Shown here piece after piece: positions 1-12,339 of a stretch of DNA of 64,000 nucleotides. A program made the translations under genes and the position numbers. Below the pieces are notes generated by a model. That model was not told the origin of the DNA. It saw only the letters and a list, made by a program, of their open reading frames with translations, and did no database searches. The stretch is from contig NC_068984.1 in assembly GCF_001194135.2 (NCBI RefSeq), positions 63,434,211 through 63,498,210 on the forward strand. Reading direction: 5' to 3'. Positions within the stretch are counted from its first letter, which is position 1. Each line of letters opens with the position of its first letter. The stretch comes from Octopus bimaculoides. Taxonomy: Eukaryota.

Positions 1-1179
1 GATGTTTCGTCGATATTTGGCAATAGATTTGTCTTCAACCACTATTTATCAACCGAGATTTACATTGTAGTTCACATGTGCACTAATTCAGATCATGACA
101 TTGCTGACCCCTTTCTCCATATCTACGCTGTATACATACGTGTGTGTTCCCAAACTTTCTCTCTTCATTCAGCATATCCTATCTCTACATACATTGTATT
201 GAGTCCTCGTCATGTATGTATCATTTTGGCAGTATTGCGCTGCTAGACTGGCTTATATCTTTTCTTTGTCAATTTGGATACGTCTCCAAAAATGAAAGTA
301 AACTATAAATTAATCATTTGTGTTAAAGACAAGTACTAAGATTTTGTGAGATAAACTATTCGAGCATTGCGAGATACTTTTTCAATCAAAGTTTTCCTTC
401 ACTTTAGAAATTTATGTTTTGTCATAAATTATCAGACGGCTATTCATACAGCTTGACATCATTTCTCATAGATCATTAAACTAACTTGGATACAAACCAA
501 CTAGCAATTAGATCCTATCCGCTATTCATTCACCTTAACATTACTATCACCCCCACCGCATTTATTATCTACAGTAAAAGAACTCTCATAGCAGCCTGCT
601 CAATTGCTGAGTGACCTGTCGGCAACAGTCGGGGCAAATTCCTTCCTATTTGGAGTAACCTAAGGGCTCATTACGCTTATACACGTTACGTATGTTCTAA
701 AAGATCATAATAAGTGTTGCTTCAAGTCTTCGTACTCTTGAATAGATGATAGTATTATTCACACTTCCATAACCTTCTTGCATGTATCAGTTATATAGAT
801 GCCATTTAACCATCGAACCTGACTATATACTGCTTTTATTTACAAGGACATGAGATTCACGACCAAAATCTTTCAAATGATTACCTGATATATAGTATGT
901 ATCGATTCAATCGATCTTACCGATTTCTTATAAACTGTAGCAGTATGTCAATATGTAATGAATCAATATTATACATAAATATGAAATAAAAATTCTCTGA
1001 AAATATCATGACATACTAATATAACTGTTGTATACAAATCAATGCGTTTAATTCATCAGAAAGTATTTGCATAAATGTGTATTTCCTGCAATGAAAATTG
1101 TATTTGTAAAGAAAAATACGTTGCTGTGCACCTATATTAAATGAACTAAGTCGAAAATATGTTTAATATTCTTGCAAAG

Positions 1180-1500
1180 TGAAAGCACGATGCTGAATGG
1201 ATTGGGTATTCAGCTCGCGATCGTAAGATCTTGAGGTAGGTAACTAGCAGCGCATTGCATCCTTGAGTAAGCATTTTATTTCACGCTACTCCAGTCCACT
1301 CATCAGGCAAAAATAAGTAGTATCTGTCATTCAAAGTGCCAGTCTTGTAAAATTCTGCGTCACGCTGAATTTTTCTAAGAACTACGTTAAGGGTACACAT
1401 GCTTCAGGAGTGCTCGGTCACTTGCACATTGATTTCACGTGCAGGATGTTTCGTTGATCGGATCAACTGGAACACTCGTCGTCGTAACACTCAGAGTGCC
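1180..1500 (+). mobile_element. Decayed tRNA-derived SINE (family C)
   Basis: Degenerate head, then CCTTGAGTAAGCATTTTATTTCACG...CCAGTCCACTCA and 3' GTTGATCGGATCAACTGGAACACTCGTCGTCGTAAC, resembling an octopus SINE as I recall it; the head is related to the copy at ~61985. Confidence 0.5.
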
Positions 1501-1699
1501 ATTTATTTAATTACTCTTGCAAAGATGTGTACCATATTTATCACAAAAAAAGAACATATATTTCTCTAAGCATACAAAAAAGAAAAAATAAACTTGTCAC
1601 TTTATTTGGGCACTTAAAACGATCAAATTTGTATTCAGATCGTCGGGAAACTAAACGAGGTCAAACTCATTTTTCTTCCTGCCAGAATTAGCAAAATAA

Positions 1700-2095
1700 T
1701 TCTTTCTATTACAGGCACGAAGTCAGAACCTTTGAGGGAATTAGTTCATTACATCGACGCCAGCATTGTACTAATAGTTAGTGTTTCGATATCGAAAGGA
1801 TCAGAGGCAAATTGGATTGTTGGGTAATTTGGACTGAAGAAGAATGCTTTTTGTCTCATATGCTAACGATTCTACCCGAACGTTGTCTTCGCAATTGAGA
1901 AAATAGACTAAGCCTTCCTACCGTAGGCACAAGGCCTACATTTTTGTCAGTTACATCGGCCCCTATTGCAACACTGCTACTTACTTTGTTGACCCCGAAA
2001 CGCAGACAGGAATTTGAAATTAAGGATGTACAGACAGATAAGACAATGATTAGCATTTGTATCTGGCGTGATAACAATTCTACCAGGTCGCCAAC
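1700..2095 (-). mobile_element. Two tandem decayed copies of SINE family A
   Basis: The reverse complement gives AGTTGGCGACCTGGTAGAATTGTTATCACGCC and GGGTAGAATCGTTAGCA heads plus GGGGCCGATGTAACTGAC / GGCGTCGATGTAATGAACT bodies, matching the better copy at 56176. Confidence 0.5.
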
Positions 2096-2421
2096 TTAGG
2101 AGATGAGAAAATAAAAAGTATTCATGAAGTACTCTAAACGATTTTATCGTATGTTTCTCTATTCCGGCATCTGCAGGTATATAACTGAGATAGCAATCAA
2201 TATATATTTTTCTATACACATGCAAGAGAAACTAGTCAAAAATTCTTGATTCTGAAATCAAAGTATGAGCAGATTTCATATAAAAGCTGATTGTGCCAAA
2301 GATATATTTCGTAAATTAAGTTATTTTCACATTGCGTGCAATAATTAACAGCTTCTCGAATTAAAAACCTTTTAATGTTATATAACGCATATATATACAA
2401 ACGCATACACAAACATATTAA

Positions 2422-2423
<2 letters not shown>

Positions 2424-2465
<42 letters not shown>

Positions 2466-2900
2466 NNNNNNNNNNTAGCTTACAGTATATATTCATGTGT
2501 ACAACACGCACGGACATATACATAGACAGATATATAAACACGCATATACACACACATGCACACTCACACATGCACGCACTCACACATGTACATGGAGGAA
2601 AATATAAACATGGAATAAATATTCTATTTCAATTATCTCAGAAGTGGAAAATTATAAAATGGATACTGATGGTTTTATTTTCTGTAATTTTAGTAATTAA
2701 CTTACAGTCATGGTATTGTGAATATTATTTGTCAAATGCAAACGCTTGCAGGCAATACTGACATTTTTTTACAGTGATTTAATTACATTCCTAAATTATT
2801 AGTTCCACCTGCCAGGTTTCTCAAGCTATCTGTATATTTAAGATTATTAACCTATCTCATTCCTCCTTTTATATATCCACATTCACACACGCACTCACTA

Positions 2901-2937
<37 letters not shown>

Positions 2938-2994
2938 TATGTATATATATATATATCATTACACACATATTTACATATGTATGTATAGATACGT

Positions 2995-3072
<78 letters not shown>

Positions 3073-3526
3073 GAGGGAGAGAGTGAGTGAGTGTATTAAG
3101 AGTGTATACTACCGAAAGTTTCCTGTCTTTAATGTAATTCTTAATTAACGTAACTTTGAAGCATGTTAAATCGAGTTTTGTTTGTTTTGAAATTATCGTG
3201 ATATATTATTACAACATATGGAAGGAATTGATTTCCGCTTTAATAGTCTCAATTCATATTTCAGGGTTTCGAAATGCTTTTAAATATCTGATTTGTCAAG
3301 AGACAATGGATCGGAAGATGTAATTTGTAACGTACTTTTATATAAAATACCTATAGAAATATAGTATAATGATTTCCTTTAACACGCACGCACACACACA
3401 CACATACATATATAGATATATACACATTTATATATGTGTGTATACATGTATATGCATATACATACATACATACATACACACATACATACATATATATATA
3501 TATGTGTATACATATATATATATATA
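2424..3526. repeat. Dinucleotide microsatellite cluster (TA)n, (TG)n, (GA)n, (CA)n next to N gaps
   Basis: Directly visible simple repeats; source of the spurious YI/CV/RE ORFs. Confidence 0.95.
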
Positions 3527-4437
3527 NNNNNNNNNNNNNNNNNNNNNNNNNNNNNNNNNNNNNNNNNNNNNNNNNNNNNNNNNNNNNNNNNNNNNNNNNN
3601 NNNNNNNNNNNNNNNNNNNNNNNNNNNNNNNNNNNNNNNNNNNNNNNNNNNNNNNNNNNNNNNNNNNNNNNNNNNNNNNNNNNNNNNNNNNNNNNNNNNN
3701 NNNNNNNNNNNNNNNNNNNNNNNNNNNNNNNNNNNNNNNNNNNNNNNNNNNNNNNNNNNNNNNNNNNNNNNNNNNNNNNNNNNNNNNNNNNNNNNNNNNN
3801 NNNNNNNNNNNNNNNNNNNNNNNNNNNNNNNNNNNNNNNNNNNNNNNNNNNNNNNNNNNNNNNNNNNNNNNNNNNNNAAATATGATTACATGACGTGCAC
3901 GCAAGGCAATATAGTAACCCCCTGGTCCATTAAAGTTTTGAGTAACATTCAAACCATTATAAATACCAACATAAAATATGTGCAGCATTATATCAAATGT
4001 TCACTTGTTCTCTTTCTTTTAGTTAATAAAACATTGCTTACTTCTTCTGAGCAAAACATATCTTTATGGCCGGTTCAATATTGTTGCATTAACGTATTAT
4101 GAACTTCAAACAGGGAATTCATGTAGCTTGCATTTAAGTCTCAACTCCTCCGCGGGTAATGAAGTAAAAATCAGTTAATCTATGGAGTAGTTGGTACGGG
4201 TCAATCCTTGAATAGATTCTACCGTTAAGCAAAAGTTAAGTACATATTATTTACATGTAAATTAAAAGGCAAAGTCGATGGAAGACCTCATTTCTTGAAT
4301 ATTGAAGTGTTTGAATATTTAAAAGTTTCAATATTCAAATGTTTCTATATTTAAGTGTTCGGTTAAATCAGTTACAAGCTTCACTAATCGATTACAGCCA
4401 CTAATGCGCTGCAATTACCATTACTTCTACCGCTGCT

Positions 4438-4557
4438 GTTTCTTCTTCTTCTTCTTCTTCTTCTTCTTCTTCTTCTTCTTCTTCTTCTTCTTCTTCTTCT
4501 TCTTCTTCTTCTTCTTCTTCTNNNNNNNNNNNNNNNNNNNNNNNNNNCACCACCACC

Positions 4558-4643
<86 letters not shown>

Positions 4644-4645
4644 CT
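4438..4645. repeat. Compound trinucleotide microsatellite (CTT)n-N-(CAC)n-(TAC)n
   Basis: Directly visible. Confidence 0.95.
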
Positions 4646-5429
4646 CTGCCTCTCACCACCTTGATTGGTTCAAATGTTGGTATCACCTTCTGGTCAGAAA
4701 CCTATAGCAAATGAACAGACGTATAGTTGTGTTAATAAAATTAGTTTGGAATCACATGGTAAAGTGTTCGCACACACAGCAGATACTGAGAGAATTTTCT
4801 TCACTCATGGTCTCGCTTTTGCTAACATATTTTGAATAAAACATCGTAATTACCGTGCCATTACGGATTGTGTTAGTAGGTATTTGACGCAATCGCATGA
4901 ATTTCAGGAGATAAGAACTGAAATGTATGTTCACGGGAGAATTCTTTTGAACAGAAATGTCACGTCTTTGCTTGGTAACGAAAATGATTAGGTGTAAACA
5001 CCTGAATTAATTATCAGTAAAGTAAAAAATGCTTTCATCCATTGCGTAGTTCACAAGTTTTGTCTTCACTGTATTCCCGATGAAGTTTCCTTGATATTTG
5101 GCCATAGATTTTTCTTCTACCTCTATTTATCAACCAAGATATCCATATCGCTATATTAGCTTTAATTTAATGTGAATGGATGTCAAATTACGATAATAAT
5201 TTGGGTCGTCATTTCCAGATAAATATAAATGACTGAGAAAGGATAAATATGAATGACTTGAAAATCAAACTCTTTTACGGAATGTTTGTGACAAACTGAC
5301 AGAAAATGCATAGTGATATATTTCTTTGAGAGTAAGACACAATGATATTCAATCATGTAATGAAACCTAAAAATTCTGAACTCCAGATAACTGCACGGTA
5401 CAATTCACATCATTCGAAACTTCCTTATA

Positions 5430-5565
5430 TAGCATTATTTATATTTGACAGATATTTGCCCTCATCTTATTTGTTGTTAAGAGAACGTTTAACACCCTCC
5501 AGACTTCATCAGGAGTCTTGGGGAAATTTCGAACCTGAGTTCTCATTCTTAAGGTATTTGTCGAT
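5430..5565 (-). mobile_element. Inverted copy of the PLE terminal (pseudo-LTR-like) repeat, hammerhead core partly deleted
   Basis: The reverse complement reads AATACCTTAAGAATGAGAACTCAGGTTCGAAATTTCCCCAAGACTCCTGATGAAGTCTGGAGGGTGTTAAACG; it lacks ATATCAGCCGAAAC relative to other copies. Its 5' side abuts an (AAC)n(AAT)n tract. Confidence 0.85.
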
Positions 5566-5578
5566 GCTGTTGTTGTTG

Positions 5579-5649
<71 letters not shown>

Positions 5650-5652
<3 letters not shown>

Positions 5653-6000
5653 TTATGTTTGACTTTTGTTTTGCATTTGTACAAGTTGGATCCAAGTCTC
5701 ACCCAGAGACCTCAAGAGACAACAAGTTAGAAGTTCATGTAGGTGTTATGCCTAGGGTACCATATATTTGGATTTGTACAGTTTTGTTCAAGTGAATGTT
5801 TAAGAAACCATCAGAAAATTATGTGTTTGCTTTAAAATTTGAGATCACATAGACAGTATTTTATGTAGGATATGGGCAGTTCCCATGAGCACTATCTTTT
5901 GAACTTCAGCCATTTTGGGGTTTCCTGGAATCTGATCTAGGTAGTAATCAGCCCGTTTCGCTGTCATTCCCAGGGCACCTATGACAATAGGTATTGTTTT
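5650..6000 (-). mobile_element. R4/Dong-like (RLE) non-LTR retrotransposon 3' end
   Basis: Minus strand 6000-5845 translates KTIPIVIGALGMTAKRADYYLDQIPGNPKMAEVQKIVLMGTAHILHKILSM*, typical of the C-terminus of R4/Dong-type proteins. The 3' UTR ends in (TAA)n; a second copy lies at 29596-30228. Confidence 0.8.
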
Positions 6001-6255
6001 CNNNNNNNNNNNNNNNNNNNNNNNNNNNNNNNNNNNNNNNNNNNNNNNNNNNNNNNNNNNNNNNNNNNNNNNNNNNNNNNNNNNNNNNNNNNNNNNNNNN
6101 NNNNNNNNNNNNNNNNNNNNNNNNNNNNNNNNNNNNNNNNNNNNNNNNNNNNNNNNNNNNNNNNNNNNNNNNNNNNNNNNNNNNNNNNNNNNNNNNNNNN
6201 NNNNNNNNNNNNNNNNNNNNNNNNNNNNNNNNNNNNNNNNNNNNNNNNNNNNNNN

Positions 6256-6334
<79 letters not shown>

Positions 6335-6337
<3 letters not shown>

Positions 6338-6934
6338 CACCACGAAGAAATGATCAAACTCACTAACAATCTATTAAGCAACTATTACCCCAAAAACATA
6401 CTATCCATTCCAATTATGAAGTTAAGAGAGGATAAAATCAATAAACTTTCCACATTCTGTCTACCCTATGTGAAAGGCCTCTCCGGAAAGATACAAAAGA
6501 TATGTCGCCCATATGACATTAGGACAGTATTCAAGACTAATACAACACTTCGCAAATATCTCCTTCGAGTAGAACCATCAATAGAAGAGAATATGACCAA
6601 AGATTGCGTGTACTCCATCCCATGCAGCTGTTGTAGGTTATACAAAGGCGAAACATGACGCTTCCTCGAAATAAGGGCAGACGAACAACTCAAAGCTGTG
6701 ACACGATGATATATCGATAAATCGGGTATAGCTGATCATGTATGGTAAAATGAAGATCACTTCCCCCTGTTGGATGAAATTAAAATAATAGACAGAGAAC
6801 ACCACTGGAAAATACGAAAACTAAAAGAAGCAGCACATATTCTAGGACACAACAACCTCCTAAGCTGACTCAGTGCAAATATGAGTAGCATATGGGAACC
6901 GGTGTTAAGGAAGGTGTTAATAGAAAAATATTAG
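6335..6934 (+). pseudogene. Penelope/Poseidon-type PLE RT-thumb/linker plus GIY-YIG endonuclease, decayed
   Basis: FCLPYVKGLSGKIQKICRPYDIRTVFKTNTTLRKYL...CVYSIPCSCCRLYKGET*RFLEIRADEQ...KSGIADHVW*...IIDREHHWKIRKLKEAAHI. One frame with four internal stops (TGA, TGA, TAA, TGA). Confidence 0.92.
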
Positions 6935-6964
6935 ATTTATAAGACCTAAAATTCACTCCATAAT

Positions 6965-7045
6965 TGCCCACGGCATATGGCGTAGTGGTTAAGAGTACGG
7001 GCTACTAACCCCAAAATTCTGAGTTCGATTCCAAGCAGTAACCTG
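6965..7045 (+). promoter_or_regulatory. tRNA-like Pol III internal promoter (A and B boxes) in the PLE 3' region
   Basis: A box TGGCGTAGTGG at 6978-6988; B box GTTCGATTC at 7023-7031; anticodon-like arm GGG-CTACTAA-CCC. There is no complete acceptor stem, so it is tRNA-derived rather than a tRNA gene. Confidence 0.75.
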
Positions 7046-7085
7046 AATAATAATAATAATAATGATAATAACATTAATAATAATA

Positions 7086-7268
7086 ACATCGAAAAATACC
7101 TTAAGAATGAGAACCCAGATTCGAAATTTCCCCAAGAACCCTGATGAAATCTGGAGGGTATATCAGCCGAAACTTGTTAAACGCTGTTTTAACAACAAAT
7201 AAGATGAGGAAAAATATCCCTCAAATGTAAATAACGTACATAATTCCCCATCTCTTAAATATAGAACA
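7086..7268 (+). mobile_element. PLE terminal repeat with mutated hammerhead motif
   Basis: CTGATGA at 7141-7147, CAGCC-GAAAC at 7164-7173; same ~180-bp unit as at 5430, 32670, 44168 and 45015. Confidence 0.85.
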
Positions 7269-7989
7269 TATCTAATTATCGCAATGCATTCCATGTCCTT
7301 CATATCATTATTTCTGTTTTGTTTCATAAATACATTGCATTTGTTTGTCTTGGGTGGTTACTAGAGCAACTAAACGATACTTTATTACTCACAGACCCGC
7401 AAGGGATCAATCGATGGTTTGAAATATATGTTATGTTTTATATTATAGTCTTGGTTACTCTAAAAGTATACGATGAACATGTCAAATAAATGTTTCATCA
7501 AAAGATCTACGATGCTTATATCCCTACCCCACAGGAAGAGGGAGAGAAAAAGATTAGTATGACCGATTTCATAAATACCATGAAAATATAGATGAAATAT
7601 CAAAAATTTGTCTTCAACAGGAGTTCAATATATACGTAATCGAATTGTTTTACGTCAGATAGAAATATTTGATGTTTATCTCAGGGCATCGGCTAGAATA
7701 TGTTACGCACTTTTTCCGACTCACTGTGCCCTTATTTCAAATCCTGTCTTTCATTCGGTTCGAGGTCAATAAAAATGCATCAATCCAGTTCAGTGGATTA
7801 GCAAAAATACCTTTATATTATTTGTTCTTGATATGACCGTTCCGAGTTCAAATGTCGTCATGGTCTTCTGTTGTAGTAGATTTTATCCGTTACGTATTTT
7901 AGCCCACCATTTGGTGACTTCAGTTTTTCGGATTTCACTTTGTTGCAAACACTTAAGTGATGACTCTCTTTTTGCAACATCGACGTTCA

Positions 7990-9110
7990 ATAACATCTTT
8001 TCCAGAAGCATCGAGGACGCATTTTGGCTCAACATTGTGAACATGAAGAAGTACGGCAACCACACTCTCAAGACCCGAGAAGACATATTGCAGCTCACAA
8101 TGCAGAACATCATAAAAAAAAAAACAGGGCGATAACTTTCTCAAAAAGAATGTGAACGGATTTTAAAGCAAGATGCTTTGCAGCATCGCCACGAACAATA
8201 GCAATATTCCCAAGAACAAAATCAGCTAATAGTTGTGAAAGAATATCTCAGCAAAACGGACAAGGACAAATGAGGCTGTTAAAGGTTATATATCACCGTG
8301 GCCAAACTACAGTGCTAGAAGTTTCAGTTAATTTAACTTGTAACAGATGCGGCTTAATAGATGTGCAATGCCGTCACTGCAGCACTATGATATTCAAAGG
8401 AGAGTACAATGGAGGGACATTAGCTTATTCTAATGTTGGTGTTTGGTTCAAATGTGTTTTAAATCATAATGTTATTGAAATCATTGTTTATCACAAAGCT
8501 GAAGTTACAAAGATTATTAATTTTCTTAGGGTAGAGACTGTACAATATGGAAGATGCTTGGCAAATATTGTATGACCTTGAGAATAACTGAGATTGCATT
8601 ATGTGTATAACTAGAAGAGCAAGAATTTAGTTTACAAACTAAATATGTTCGTTACAATCGCTTATTTCTGCTCTCCGTGTGTGCCTCAATATTTACACTG
8701 AATGTTTTGCGTCTATGTTCTGAAAAACTTGCATCTCACAAAAGAGAAATAATGCTCTCTGAAAATGCCGCTAATAATGATATACTGAATGCACTAGTAA
8801 TCCAGGTCTTTGAATATGCGCTTTCAGCAGTTTAATATAATTTTTCAGCTGTAGATTACTGGTAATAAATTATACCGTCCAGAAATAGATCTTTCAGTTA
8901 CTACAATGATGACAAAAATATGATCAATACGGAACAGAAGATTTTTTCTAGGCAAACGAAAAAATTGACAAGAAACTGCTCTTTTATGTTCGCAAATTTA
9001 CTGGAATTGTACTAGCTACTGCTTCGAAATATATTGCAACTTCACTATTGAAATCCGGATGGGCTGTCTATAAATCATTCAAGCGTGTCCTTTAGGCAAT
9101 ATCTATTTAA
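7990..9110 (+). mobile_element. Highly decayed Helitron (Rep/Hel) remnant
   Basis: 8976-9083 translates LLFYVRKFTGIVLATASKYIATSLLKSGWAVYKSFK, aligning by eye to the Pif1 helicase motif Ia region (ALAVASSGIAATLLPGGRTAHS.FK). 8348-8380 gives CGLIDVQCRHC, like the Helitron N-terminal Zn motif; charged Q/H/E/R-rich stretches lie at ~8000-8230. Confidence 0.6.
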
Positions 9111-11975
9111 ACGTGGACCTTGTGCCTAGAGTAGAAAAAAATATCTATACGAAGGGTATGATTTTGGTCTCCTGATGCAAATGGTCGCCTTCTGCATGAT
9201 GCTCACTCATTAGTGTGATATGAATCCGCAATATGCTACCGACGAATTATCGAAACTTTGTTCCTTATTTTCAGAATGAACTTATTAGTCCGTAACGCGT
9301 TAATTTTGCCAGTTGTGTGCATGAAAAATCCGTAAATTTGGTGTCAGTGTGGTATTTTGCACTAACAGTTAAGCAGATTTTCTGTCATTTTAGCAGTGAT
9401 TTCGATTAAATGAAAATGGGAAGTGATTACTAGGACTGGACTATTGAAAATCTCCAAATATGGCTAATAGTGACACAAGTTTCGTACAACTTGCTGTGAT
9501 ACCACCATTCCTATTATTTGATTCAATTTCTTTATTCTGATCTGGAACATCACAACGGAAATAAACGATCAATCACTTCAAGTTCGATTCCAACAACAAA
9601 AATCAATGATGGTGATGTGCAAATCATACACTAATTGCATACATCAATTCGAAATGCAAAGCGTGAATGTAACGATAGAAGATATGCAGAACACATTGCT
9701 AGCTGGAAGTGCATGCGTTCTCAAAATCAAAACTAAAAGACTGGAGTTTGTGGGGGAGAAGCTGAAGCTTTGTTATAATTTGCAGAGAAGTGCTGTGACT
9801 GAGATAAACAGGGATAATATTGGATTCAAATTTTGTTACGAGGCTAGCAATTTCAGGGCAAATCTTCAACCATTTATATCGGGCCCTTATTTTATTGACC
9901 TTATAAATATGAAAGACAAAGATGATTAACTATCTTAATAACATGCCTAGGAACGACCAATATACTGTAAATCATGGAGAGAACTCTTTCTTTCAAGATT
10001 CAGCGTATTTAAGAAACCTGTTTCAGTTTATTTTGGGGTTTCTTAAATGCATTGCTTTTTTTTTTATATAAGCCGGAATCGTAAACATTCTCCGTTAGAC
10101 AGACGTACATTATTAGAATGATATCATTGTGAGTTGCACTTCAGCATAAAGACTAAGCCTTTAGAAAAGTGTTGAAATTTTCCAGATAAAAAAGGAAAGA
10201 TCTTCATTTGTTCTGTGAAAACATTTAATGGAGATTAAAAACTTTTGGCAGCATGAGTAGTTTACTTTAAGCGTGCTTTAGTCAGCATGATAATGATATG
10301 TGTTCTTGATCAGAAGATAGAAGATAGTTAAATATGAGAGGTGTTTGGTAATATGTGTGCAAACATTTACAATTGCTACGGGATTATAATATAGAATATT
10401 TCTTGATATATTTTTACATTAGGAAACATAGGTCCAAATATACTTATCTGTAAAGCTTCTGTTACGATGTGCCTCGTCACAACAATAAGATACAATTATT
10501 GTCTTTCGACAAGATTACTTTACTCTTGTATGTTCAACCAAACAATAGTGATATTCCCAGGATTCTATTGATCTGAATCATAATTGCTCGAAAAACCAGC
10601 TTTTATCTAAATATGGATATATTCATGAAATCTGAAATGTAATGTGATACAAGCTTCTCGAAGCATGTTTATTTCTTGAAAGGCAGAGGATTTGTAACTA
10701 AATATCCAATGTATGAATATTAGATATGCCTTCCCCTATGTATATGGTAGTCATCGTTGAAATCCGTGTTGAAATACGAGAAAGTGGTGATTTCATTTCA
10801 ATATGACTACGGATTAAATGAATGCTTCGAAATAATTCGTAAACCGGTTATTCTCTGAACTTCTTCAAAATGATATATCACGAAATATTCGACTGTTGTA
10901 GCTAGAATAGAGGGATATCTTAGTTTCTTTTTATCACTGCTTATTTAATCACAAGCTTTTTTGCTTTCAATCATGAATTTCTTCACACAGAAAAAATTTA
11001 AAATTACATGTTTTCGTTTTCACTGAGGCGCACATACAAACACATTAACGAACATATACCATCACAGAGATTTATATGCTTATATATACATATCTATATT
11101 GTATAATTTCTACACGAATGTTGTAATCAATTTCTATATTAATGCATTCATTTATAAACTGTGATCCATTTTTAAATATTGACTACTCTGTGCTACGTGT
11201 TCTCACTGACTGAACAACAAAGTTTTGCTATTATATTCTGATATTTTATATTATGTACATTCTATATTACAATTTATTTTATATCATTCATAAATTCCAA
11301 TGATCTTCAACGAAGTAGCTGATGGGAATATTCTCTGACACGCGCGCTTGGCGCTCACGCATGTTTATTTATTCGTACAGGGAAAGGGCTAACATTCACT
11401 TCGAATATTCGATGCAATAGTGATTACCTATCATTCGTCTTCTATATCACTATTTCTCTGCCATTCTCCTTTACTCTATGTATATATGTATGTATGTATG
11501 TATGTACGTATGTATGTATTGGTACTACCTTATATATAAACACAGCATGCTACCACTTCATTCATCTCTTCTTCACACTCCCTGCAGAAATGCATTCACA
11601 CCTGGACCCTAACTCTTTTCCTCTTTGTCCTTCCCAGTTTTCCATCACCCTTCTTTCATTTCACTAATGAATGCCAGTAATGTTCGAAATGTCAAAGACC
11701 GTTGACAGTTTCTCCCTTCTAGCGTCCGACAAATAACATTTAAAAAAAAACATGTCACTTGTGTTGTTTCTTGTTTTTGCTCATTCAACATATGTAACTT
11801 TTACGCTTATGTGCACTTGTCCTCTTATTTGCTGTTTGCTTCATGTANNNNNNNNNNNNNNNNNNNNNNNNNNNNNNNNNNNNNNNNNNNNNNNNNNNNN
11901 NNNNNNNNNNATATATATAAATATATATACATACATATATACATACATATACACGCACACGCACAAGTAGATATA

Positions 11976-12260
11976 TATCTGTAATACAATATGTGACAAT
12001 TATTCAGTTGCCATAATAAGACTCCGAGTTTTGGATGTCGGGGCGGAAACCAGCTCTGGTATCTCATCGGTTATGGAGGCAAGGAAAAAATGCTATGGAA
12101 ATGACCGTTAAACAAAGGGAAATTACTATGTAATTGACTGTTAATAACGCAAAAGAGCTATTAGAATGACCGTTAAATAAGGGGAAACCCGAAAGGGAGT
12201 AAGTAACAAATAAAGAAGTAAAAATAGCTCATAGCAATCGTGTATTCGCCTATGTACATA
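11976..12260 (+). repeat. Left arm of a ~280-bp imperfect inverted repeat
   Basis: Colinear with the reverse complement of 13518-13799 (shared blocks ATAAGACTCC, GGGGCGGAA, AATGACCGTTAAACAAA, TATTAGAATGACCGTTAAATAAGG, CATAGCAATC). Confidence 0.85.
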
Positions 12261-12339
12261 CATACACATGCAGGAATACCTACATACGTACGCACATCTA
12301 CTTAGATGTGCCTGTATGCATTAATATTCCTTATAGATA

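Noticed and set aside
2236-4686. Many 70-240 aa ORFs rich in YI, CV, HT, poly-S/R/F/Y or X (also around 22, 43-45, 53 and 63 kb)
   Set aside because: They are translations of microsatellites and N gaps, with no coding signal.
6656-6870. In-frame TGA codons in the Penelope endonuclease as possible selenocysteines (known for some Naiad PLEs)
   Set aside because: The same frame also has a TAA stop, most TGAs are not at Cys-like positions, the domain order is not Naiad-like and no SECIS was recognised; ordinary decay is simpler.
6965-7045. A functional tRNA gene
   Set aside because: No convincing acceptor stem or T-tract terminator; it runs into (AAT)n within a retroelement.
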